From Phoronis australis (Eukaryota; Animalia; Phoronida), in the NCBI GenBank assembly GCA_002633005.1, contig NMRA01000064.1, forward strand, positions 938,360 to 1,002,359: DNA of 64,000 nucleotides, in the 5' to 3' direction. Below, piece after piece: positions 48,301 through 58,400 of this stretch; positions within the stretch are counted from its first letter, which is position 1, and each line of letters opens with the position of its first letter. The translations under genes were made by a program, and so were the position numbers. The notes under the pieces are model-generated. The model was not told the origin of the DNA. It did no database searches and worked only from the letters and a program-made list of their open reading frames with translations.

Positions 48301-51300
48301 GAGAAGCTAACTCAGTAATTAGCATTGTGTATATTCTTAGACATTTGCACTTTTGCTCATAGTGAGATTTCATTATTTTTCACAAATAGTTGTTTGGATT
48401 AAAGTACAAATTTCTGACTTAAGCCTTGAGTCACTTTTCACAAAACAGACCCCAACGCTAGCCCTACATTTGTTCGGGGCTAATCAAAAGTTGATTTGAC
48501 AAGCAGTAGGTTACTTTCAGTGTAAACAGTATTCTACTCTCATTATTAAGAGCACCCAGATCCCTGTGAGGTTCTAACGATCACCTAATGTTGTCCAGTG
48601 ACTGGACCAGTCCTGGCCACACAAAGTCCAGTGTCTTCAACCATCTGATGCTTGACAGTACACCTGACAATTTGGACTCAGCAGGTGCCCAGGACAGGTG
48701 CAACCAAATCCGTCAATCAGTTAGAAATCACCTTCTATTATATTTACATAAATATTGAGCTTGTGACATCATGTGATGTTAAAGCACATGAGGTAATCAC
48801 AAGACAGTGGCTTATCAGTCTAAAGACAGTGCAGAGACCAGGTATGACATGTCAAGGTTCAGTGGCAAGATATGGAGTTTTCGCTTTTTGACACACTAAA
48901 GGGTAGAAAATAAACAAAGAATTTATACTCTGTAAAAATTCTCAACAAAAATAGACAAGAGTTTGAAAGTTACCGCAAGTGATACTTCAGTATGAATACC
49001 TGTCATTTAATAAAACACTTTGTTGGTAAACTTTTGGGTTACTTAATGTGAATAGCCCGAACTAATGGGAAAATTGCTAATTTTGGTCTGAGCTGCAGTT
49101 GACTCAGACTCAAAACAACTTGTTTGAATTCTCATCTAGTTGCGATTTTTTCTGACCTAACAGTATAAAATTGTGGTGCCTTTTGCATATTGTTCATTGG
49201 AAACAAGATTGATACATAACCTAATAAGCTGCATTTAATGAATGGTTCACTGGAAACAAGACCGATACATACCCAAATAAAGCATTGCACCCAGCAGCAA
49301 AGAAAAGCCCAGCTAAGAACATGAATCTTGCACCAGTAGAATTCATCTGAAATATTTACAATACAATGGCTGCTTTAAAAACAGTCGTACTTGACAAGTC
49401 CTAGCTGCTGAAAGATCACAATGCAGTGTACCCTTTATACCCTATATGAAAGCTGCTTACATAAACTCTTACTTATGCATAGGATGCACCAAACTTACCG
49501 AAAAATGTAAAAAACTACTGTAACAGTGAATAGCCTAGGCAAGCTCTACAAAGATACAACTTAGGTCAAACAGGACATTCGATTTTTTTAACTAAAAATG
49601 CATACTGAAGAGTGCAGGTCTTAAAGCTCTATGCGAGTACAGTTTTGATACAGTAGTGTAGGCTCATGTAGGAAATGACCGTGAACCTTACACCCAAGTC
49701 CAACGGTGGGCTACTGTCAGTGGCGGATTTAGGGTTCTCAGATCCACACCTCCGGCAACCAATAACAAATAACGGTAGTACAAATTACAGGGAAATAACT
49801 TTGGCATTATCACGCTACGGCTAATCGTGGGAGTGTACTTTTGCAAGTGCATGTGTTGGGTGGCAGGGGCAAGGTATCCTGAATCCGCCACTGACGGGAA
49901 CCAGTTGCCATGTCAAAATTACCACAAGCACATCATGACAACCAAATGGGCAACGGTAAACTTCAAGCATTTGCAAGTCTGGCAAATAATTTGATTCAAT
50001 GCCATTCACGATAGTTGCTGAGTGTATCAATTCTATACAAAAAATTAACTGTACGTTGAACAAAGTTTCAGTACTGGGGGTTCTGGAAAATGGAATATAG
50101 GCAAAAAACCATATTGCATTTCTATCCTATATAATGATAAAACAGTAATCAGAGGTTATTCCAAAGCCAAGGGTTACAAAGTCACAGACTCTTTTCAGAC
50201 ACGTTATGGACTGCACATACCATCTTGCCAGCGATTGGTGAGGCAATGACTTGCACTAGAGCGAACACCCCAAATATCCACCCTGTTGTCTCCGTACTGA
50301 TACCTCGGAGGTTGGCCTGTGAAAGGAAGATGATGTCTTGAAGTGTTGGTATCCTCACCAAGTTTGTCTGGTCAAGGGAGATAACGGTGAGAATGCATAC
50401 ACATATACTGGGATACAACATCACTAATTTCATATCAAAAACACCAAAAAACAACCCCACCAGTCAATCATATGTCAAACGTTTGGACTGTAAAAATGTT
50501 CCACTTTTCCACATTGAATGGTTATCAATTTAGATCTGTGATTTTTTGAAAGAACTCATAAATTGCAGCATAAAACGAAATGATAATTTGAAATAACATC
50601 GTATTTGAGATTTCAACTTTGTAAGTTACAACCAAGTACAATAAAGGGGCCAGGATATTAATGCTCATGCTGAGCTACAAATACACTTTTCGTTATTTCG
50701 TAATTTTTTCTAAGAAGACATGGTCTCGTAACCCAATTAAAGACAGATTGGTACAAATCAAAAGTCAAAATTCTAGTGGTTTCTATGCTCAGAATTCATT
50801 ATACTGAGTTCAAGACTATGGCTTTGTAGACATCTGGCTTCAAATGCGCCGACTTGTCCGCAAGGTTCCCATAACCTTAAAATGTTCATTACACTAAGTC
50901 TAACTTTTTGAGCGCAAAGTATGACTTTAATCAGGACTCAATTTTATTGTGATAAGCCGTCGAGAGCAGCCAGTTCACCTACTTGAGACAGTTGAAATTC
51001 CTGAGCAAGGCACAAGTCAGACTACAACTTCATCATTTTGATAGCATTAAGATAAAAGTTGTATGATGAATTAAAATATTTGCTTTTACTTGTTGACTTT
51101 GTTGATAAACAAGGTTATTTAAATTATTGTCAACAGCATGTCCAGATTATCCTCCCTGAAATTGCCTCAAAGCCACTGTGCGACATGATGAAGACTTTGC
51201 AGCATTGCTGAGGTCAGAAGTGAGTTACTAAACTTACCTATACAAAATTTCCTCAACGAAATATTAATTTTCAGGTGACAAAAAAACAGCACATGAATAG

Positions 51301-52441
51301 CATATGGCATGAATTGTGTTATTTTTAACATGTATAGTGCTGGCACATGAACTGAATTGCAACAAGATTTTTAACAAATTTTGAATGGTATCGACATCAC
51401 CTTAATGTTGTGAAATTTTGGCTTTGTGTTTATGGTATATGGTCAATTAAATCTTACTTGAAGACGCAAAATACCAGATGAGTAAAATTACATTTTCTTC
51501 AATTTTTCATCCATGATGTCATCAAACAAAGGTTTAACCACTTTAAGTTATAAGGCTATAGTTACCATTGTGGCATTTTTTGAAAAATGAGCAATTTTGA
51601 CAATTATTTTTGACAAAAGTTGGTAAGATTTTCTCATAGAATAGATCTGATGGTTTACAAGACAGTGCTGCTTACTGTATGAGTTTCGTTACTTTCATAA
51701 GTGCTTCCATATTTTAAGACTGTAAGCTGCACTTTCACAATGAAATCTTATGCCATAATTGGTGCTGGTGTTGATGTTCCATCACCCTACACAAGAGGCC
51801 ATGCTCAAAATCCCAGGCACAGGTCCCAAAGAGTAACCCTCCACAGTTAATCTTACCTCGAGAGGAAAAAATGGCGACAGCAATGAAAGACAAACATAAC
51901 AGGAAAAGTCACTGAGAGATAAGCTCAGCAGAATAAAACATTGTCTTCTGTCAAGGGACCGGAAAAATCCCGGACGACTAGTCCCAGTTTCTTCGGAGCT
52001 TTCACAGTTACTTTCCGAGTCTATATCCGATACACTAACAATCTGGTTTACAGTGAATGACGCAGAACGAGAACGTAAACTATCGTAATTGTATGAACCT
52101 GATACAGTCCTTTGTATCCGATGGATGTTTCTTGACTCACTCACTGACGTGCGAAATGCCCTTTTGTAGTACAACAAAGCTAAAGACTTCCTCCTTTTGT
52201 TTAGATTTGGACAACTCTTATGAATATTATCCGTTGAACTTGAGCATGTGTGATAACTCATTGAAGCATTCACTGGGCTGCACATTCGACTGTCACCAAG
52301 GGGAGCACTCCTTGATCGTCCATGTATATCAGTGCTGTTGTACGACACATTGTCCTCGTCTTCTTGAGCCAGAAGACGGCTATATACAGTTCCATTTGGG
52401 AGATCTGCGCCTTCATCGTCACTTTCACCACCGCCATCCAT
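39371..52441 (-). CDS. SLC18B1: MFS-type transporter SLC18B1-like (vesicular amine/polyamine transporter family), 630 aa
   Basis: Twelve GT-AG exons: 52441-51857, 50316-50221, 49346-49273, 46895-46739, 46280-46212, 45430-45343, 44592-44447, 43801-43605, 43091-42996, 41989-41915, 40487-40394, 39586-39371; 1893 nt with all phases consistent. Motifs SLLSPFFPLEA..RG, GARFMFLAGLF, GILETVIGLGMMVGPALGGVLYE.GGF.LPF, LDPLLEPHL, GDFVGPSFGG and C-terminal ETSPLL. Confidence 0.93.
39700..40165 (+). repeat. Fragment of the HINE-like ccactagg repeat family (SLC18B1 last intron)
   Basis: gcactaggaggcacc, gccactaggtggtgc, atgccaattttcac, and aacagactcgaaaacagtaaaaatggccactag shared with 37920 and 52890. Confidence 0.6.
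40960..41778 (+). mobile_element. HINE-like element copy (SLC18B1 intron 10)
   Basis: ccactagg units; ends agacagacagg..cagcataat..cacat...atgtg..cataaaaa (GACA microsatellite + palindrome + A tract). Confidence 0.55.
43891..44160 (+). mobile_element. tRNA-derived SINE (degenerate)
   Basis: ggaacagcgTAGCTCAGTCGtttgagc...gtGTTCATATTCtggc (A and B boxes) followed by a non-tRNA body. Confidence 0.55.
45548..45612. repeat. 20-bp tandem repeat, about 3 copies
   Basis: agactacggagtgaagtgca / agactacggagtgaagttcc / agaccatggggtgaagtgcc. Confidence 0.8.
46020..46235. repeat. Degenerate ~50-55-bp tandem repeat overlapping the SLC18B1 exon 5 donor
   Basis: Repeated ..tacctc.tacaatacaccaccc... blocks near 46043, 46100, 46157 and 46209. 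Confidence 0.7.
48158..48453. mobile_element. Harbinger-like MITE
   Basis: ggggtctgttccatgaa ... ttcacaaaacagacccc, with internal acttaag motifs as in 8862. Confidence 0.55.
49718..49893. mobile_element. hAT-like MITE
   Basis: cagtggcggatttagg ... cctgaatccgccactg TIRs. Confidence 0.7.
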
Positions 52442-52559
52442 TTTCAGGTCGGATCAGTAAGTGCAGCTACGCTGAAAAATGAAAGTGACTACGTAACTTG
52501 GAACTACTGAATTTGAGTTGAAACATGTCATGAGATAGAGGGTGAGAAGGGGGGGAGGA

Positions 52560-53235
52560 ACTTCAAATATACAGATCGTGGCAAAATGTACAAAAATAAT
52601 CTTGCCACTAGGGGGAACAGCAGTAGTCAGATCCATATAAATTGCCATCATCTGTTGTCACCATCTCACATACACTTGCCAAGTTATAGCTAAAGTCTTA
52701 ATTGCAGAGGGTTTAGGAGGTACAACAATAGACACAAAGACATGCAACTTGCATTTTAAGTCACAATAGTCAGAGCCATCCAATAATCATTGTAAGTTGT
52801 CATCTTTCCATTAATAGGAACATAATTACGCTAATTTTCATGATCATCCTAAGAGTATAGTTTGGCAAAAAGCCAGAGAGGCACACCCGGACTCAAAACA
52901 GTAAATTGTCCACTAGATGGTGCAAAATAGTCAAAAACATTTAAGAACAGTAGGTGGCATCGTCTCCCAAACAGTGTATACCTCTAAAGGAACTCCAAGA
53001 TACACTGGCAAACATAAAAATCGAAATTGCTACAAGAGGAACACCTGCAGTCGGAAATGTCCGAAAATTTTGTCATGCTTTTATATCTATGATAGGAACA
53101 TAATATCTGCAAAATTTTATTACATTCAGGGTTTTTGAAGACACAGTTACAGATGCTGGGTGTCAGAAAGGTGCTGAACGGAGGGCCAGATGGACGAAAC
53201 TGACAGCATAATAAATACGAAGACATATAAAAAGA
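52560..53235 (+). mobile_element. HINE-like element copy upstream of the SLC18B1 first coding exon
   Basis: gccactagggggaac, ccactagatggtgc; 3' end ggacgaaactgacagcataat...ataaaa. Confidence 0.5.
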
Positions 53236-53677
53236 TAAAAAACTTCACAAAGTCAGTAACCCAATAGGAAGTATCTCAGGTCCGAAACATCATCAGACAT
53301 GAAATCTTCAAAATTATACTCAAACCTGTGTGTGAAGAAAATTTGAATGTGGTTCCAAAGTAATGACCAAAGGTATGTTTAATTACCTAAATCTCCTCAC
53401 AGTACCCAAATGAAGGCAGTATAGTAATCACCAGAATCCTGCTCATTACCGTCTAATTTAATTACCATCTATAACATACTGGATTCATGCATGTACTTTT
53501 CGTTGAATCATAGTGCTACCTACCTTGTGATAACTGTCTTGTGTCTAGTGCTATATGTAATGCTGGTTGATACCAGCTTATGTCAGAGTTCACCTTACCT
53601 CACCTGTTTATAATGGACAAGTCCCCCCTCCCATCAGATTTACTTGGTATGGGAAGACCCTAGGAGATTGGTTGGAG

Positions 53678-53710
53678 CAATGAGCTACGTATACCTGGTA
53701 TAGCTCATTG
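53678..53710. mobile_element. Ultra-short palindromic element CAATGAGCTA...TAGCTCATTG with 7-bp TSD (copy 2)
   Basis: GTTGGAG duplicated at 53671-53677 and 53711-53717. Confidence 0.75.
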
Positions 53711-54056
53711 GTTGGAGTTGCTCTCAAGGTCACTATGTATTATACTTCAGTAAACGTTATATAATACTAGTAAGCAATAGGTACCAATGGCTCATAGAAA
53801 GAAAAAGCATGGCAAGAAGAACAATTTCGTAAACAGGTCATGTGGGATTTAAACCGTCTGCCATGACAATGCAACAGTTTTTTCACTCGGCTGGGCAAAG
53901 TTACGGAAGCCAAGCACATGAAAATACACAGCAATGTCTTTAGTCAGCCCAGCAAGCACTCAAGTGACACCTAGCTACCATCAAGGAGTGTGGTATAATA
54001 TACATGCCTAGCTACCACTTAGAAGTATAACAAAACTTCTCTCAAAGTTAATGAAT

Positions 54057-54250
54057 GACTCGGTGATATAGTGGTTAGACTACTGGACTGAGAATTTTAA
54101 GAGTTCCCAGCTCAATCCTAGCTTCTACCATGAGTGTACCATGCACCCGTGCTCGTTGTTCTAAGAAAGCTGTAATAACACTTGACGATGGCGGAAATAA
54201 CAGCCTGAAACATGTCAATGTAAATATGCCAGAGCTTGGTGTAAATAGAC
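54057..54250 (+). mobile_element. Old tRNA-derived SINE fragment
   Basis: gactcggtgaTATAGTGGTTAGactactggac...ccaGCTCAATCCtagc, degenerate A and B boxes. Confidence 0.45.
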
Positions 54251-55166
54251 CAATAGATTTTAGAAATGATGTTATCACATCACAATCTTAAAGAAGACAT
54301 CTTCTGCAACATAATACTTTGAAGTTAGGAAAATTTGATTTTTTTCTAGGATCCTAGCATAACCTTTGTTGTAGGCTTTTGGCTAAATGCAAATATTTCT
54401 GATAGGCTCGAAAGTAAATTTGCTGGCTTGATAATGATTAAAAATCAGCCATAATTCCAGTAAAACAGCATGTTCCCAAGTCAAGACTGACTTTCATTAC
54501 GGGTTTATTTTCAAATTCTTGTCATTGATACATTGGGTATTTTAGCAAACACAAAATTCTGTGCCATTTTTGTAAATCTTGAGCTATGTAAATAAAAATC
54601 TGTTTTCAATGTTTACAATACAAATAATGGAATAATAATGCTTATAAGAATATAAAGAGGGGATTAGAGCAGTAAAATGAGGTGCAGTCGAAACCATGAC
54701 TTTTGGTTATAGAGGACCTTGCTAAGTCTTAAAACTCATCCATCAATAAAGCTGTTCCACTTTTTAACCTCATGCAGGAAGGCACACCTTAATCCATTAT
54801 TTACGCAAGAGCCCTTCCTCCAGACCAAACTGTTATCACATTTGTCTAAATGCCAAAGGCATGTAGTAAAAAATGGCAGATAATTCATTGAAATTTCATC
54901 TTAAATTCTAAGATAAAAGATAGAGCACCAGTCATCCAATCGCTGCTTCACACAGTGGCACATGTCCAGTCACTGTGGTGTTTGTTGATTACGAAATTTA
55001 TTTGCACAGAGTATTTGATTGCATAACTAAAAAAATTGATACCACCATTGACGTCTAAATATAATACTATAATTATCCTAGGATAATAATAATCTAAATT
55101 GTAATACCATTTTGTGTAACACTGTGAAGTACGATACCGTAACCACCTACCTTTTTAGCCACCTCA

Positions 55167-55739
55167 GGGCTGTTCCAGCAAAATCTGTGTGGGAGGGGGG
55201 GAAGGCAACTGAAATAAAAATTTATGGGTGGTGGCGTTTGATTTAAATTCAAAATGGCTGGTGGTCGTACTTCAAAAAAATAAAAATTTACAGGTCGTTG
55301 TTGTTTCATTGGGCCATAAATGTTTGATGGTGGGTAATTTTAGTAAATTTTATAAACAATCTGCACAGAATCAAAAACTGAAACAAAAATGCAACTTGCA
55401 AAAAGCTCCGACTTTTTCACTCCCTCCGATCTCCTCATCGGCATGCCCATAACACCATTTAACCACAGGTGCTTGAATTTCTCGATGGCTAATAACCATG
55501 TATAAGAAACATATGTTTTCTTAGTAATGAATGACGTTAGTGGTGATGGAGGAACAGATAAACTCAAGCGCCAGTGCAGTCAACCACAAGAACAAAAAAG
55601 AATTACGGGTGGTTGCATTTCAAACTTATAAAAAATTACGGGTGGTAGGCTGAAGAAATAAATGAAAAATATGGGTGGTGGCGGGTGCGAAAAAAAGGTG
55701 CCTTCCCCCCCTCCCATACAGATTTTACTGGAACAGCCC
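55167..55739. mobile_element. Harbinger-like MITE with about 40-bp TIRs and TCA TSD
   Basis: tca|gggctgttccagcaaaatctgtgtgggagggggggaaggca ... tgccttccccccctcccatacagattttactggaacagccc|tca. Confidence 0.8.
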
Positions 55740-56053
55740 TCAACAGATTCCAGTGGTTGCCAACTGCATTATTCCAAATGTGAAGACTTCTAAAAATGTT
55801 TTTGTTGAAGGCTGAAGTTACATTTGTTCGGCAATATTCATCATCATTCAACATTTCATTTCTTGTGAATCGAGGTAGAGTGCCTCCCATTTCACATGCT
55901 GTGTGATGCAACTTCATCTTTAGTACCGTTAATTTAGTGAATTTAACAGTCCACATGCATACGCTTTACAGCTTGGGGGCAGAAGTATTCCCAAATTTAT
56001 TTCTAAGTAAAAAACCTGAAATTTCTCATTTACTCATTTGTTCACTTCCTTAA

Positions 56054-56530
56054 GGGCCTTTCATACTAACGTCGACGCGTCGATGTTTTAGGGAGTTGTG
56101 GTCAGTATGAACGGTAAACTTCGGTCCTGGATCGAAGTTAACAGCGTCAGTTAACTTCGCACTAAACAGGTGGATTTAATAGCGGAGTGTCGAGACTGCG
56201 GTGCAGTATGAACGGTCAACTTCGGTCCCATCAAAGTTATCACCAGGTGCCACTGTTATCGTCAAAAGGGTAGTATACCCGCTAATATTTATTACATTTT
56301 GCTCGAATAATCATCATTCGAATTAATGTAAATGCTCCCAAATTGTCACAATTAAAAAAAACCTTAGCATGCAGTGCTACCTTGCAATTACTTAGATGGC
56401 AACAGCGTCACCTACCGTTTACTTCGATGTCCGTTAACTACCGAAGCCTGGGTATGAACAGTTTAGTTAACTTCGCAGTTTACATCAACGCTCTGCTCAG
56501 ACCGAACTTAAGTCAGTATGAAAAGGCCTT
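56054..56530. mobile_element. Harbinger-like MITE with TAA TSD
   Basis: taa|gggcctttcatact ... agtatgaaaaggcctt|taa; internal repeats cagtatgaacggt.aacttcggtcc. Confidence 0.7.
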
Positions 56531-56891
56531 TAATCATTGACTAGAGGTTTAGGGCATCCTAATTATGTAAATGAAGTGACTAAAACATGACTACAACTAT
56601 CCAACAAGTGCATCATGCACAGTCCCTAGTCACTTTTAGTCATGACTAGAGAGGTTCTGAAAATGTGATTAATGTGACCAATAATTGACTGAAATGTGAC
56701 TGACTAGCTAGTATGGTAGGAATCTGTTGTAATGTTGTTTTGTCGAACTGCTAGGTCAGTGATCTCTTTGTTACTAGTCCCCACAGCCAGCTCTGGAGAC
56801 GGTTCGGTTGTCACTGTCTACACAACTGCCAATGAATAGACCTACAAGGAGCATAGCAAAAAGGAACAATCCGAAGTCTGAGTATAGGTCT

Positions 56892-56969
56892 TAGGCAATA
56901 TGACCATCGCCTCTGCTGTACTGGCCCTACCAGCTTGAATTGGTAGGGCCAGCAGAGGCGATATTGCTT
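56892..56969. mobile_element. Degenerate second copy of the 36127 hairpin family
   Basis: taggcaatatgaccatcgcctctg...ggccctacca/tggtagggcc..cagaggcgatattgc. Confidence 0.65.
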
Positions 56970-57469
56970 CGCTTTGATGACCTAGAAAGAAAGTTTACAA
57001 AGCTGGAATCACAAAACACCAGTGGAGCAATTTAGGTGCCTAAAAACTAAATTTAATGACTAGTTTATAAAATGCATCTAAGTCCTTACTGTAATATAGT
57101 ATATAGCACTCTTCCACTCAAGAAAAACACAAGTTCCTTTTATTGGAGTTGGCCAACACAATTATGGATTCGGAAATCTGTGATTGTGGATCTCCGACTC
57201 ACATTAGTCAGAGAAGTTCGTTATCCAGGTAAGCACTGTGTAATGATGACGCCTAACTGACATCATCTGCCTGGTTATCATTCATACACTAGTCCTCGGG
57301 ACAGCAGGTTATCACTCATCATTTCACCCGCCCCCATGGCTCAAGAACGGCACATGTTTACTGTTGACGGTGTTGTTAGTGATTAAAAATGTCAGCTGTG
57401 AAACGACTCTTTGACTGCCACCGTACCTGCTTATCCAGCCAATACATCGCCTGTGGACGCCCAATACTG

Positions 57470-58400
57470 TAACGTTTACCTGTCTTGAGCTGGTTCTGTA
57501 GGTCACGGAAGTGTCAATAAATGTCACGTCCAAAAACATGCCCGAAACCATTGTCACAAGGGGGCGATACCGTCTCGTCTATGCAAACCGAGTAATAACG
57601 CTACGTCGCTACTGAAAAGAAAGTCTTCGCGAGATTGAAATATTAATTGTCGTGTATTTCAAATGAAAACACTTAGACCAGGCTTGCTTTCCTAAGAGGC
57701 ATAGAACGCGAAAGCTTGTCAAAATATCTGTTAAAAAATTCTCGACGAAAGTATCATCTCGCAACGTCTAGTACAGGGTAATTCAATGATTTCCCCTGTG
57801 AGAAATTTCCAGAAAAATATCACAAAATTCCCGATTTGTTTGAAATAGCTAGGCACGAATGAAAAACTCTGTGCCTGTTACCAAAGAGTCTATGTCTTGC
57901 CATACCAAGGAGACGTAGGTGCTATCGTTTTTTTTAATTTCAAACTAAAATAAAATGCTTCGACTATATCACTGAACAGAATTCTTTTCGAATAAACCCT
58001 AAAATAGTGTATATTGAGCAGGCTCAACTTTTCAGTCAATTGCAGTCGAGCAGAGAAGCACTTTCAATATTAGAAGTTTTGTTTTTTATCGCGTTCCAGG
58101 TCCCTTGAAATACATGGCGATGTCTCACGAACTCCAAGCCGTTGTGTCGATCATTTTCGAAAGTTCTCGCAGAAAGTTCTCGCCTAGAGCTGCGGAACTT
58201 ACGTCATACTGTAGTTGAACCAGCTCAACGAGTGGTCTAACTCAAGGCGTCAGAGGAAATCTAACTAAAGTCCGTCTGCTCTGTCAACTGGCCAAAGCCG
58301 GGACTAAGTAACGACTAGGGTCAGCACGCCACATATCAAAAGTGGAAATGGCCTCTTGTCATAGCCAGCTATTGGTCGCACCTTTTCCGGTCTAAAAATC
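57470..58400 (-). promoter_or_regulatory. Probable SLC18B1 5' non-coding exon and promoter region
   Basis: Minus-strand donor ACAG|GTAAAC at about 57480 and an acceptor tttttcag about 30 nt upstream of the ATG (about 52472); locally higher CpG content. Inference only. Confidence 0.35.
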
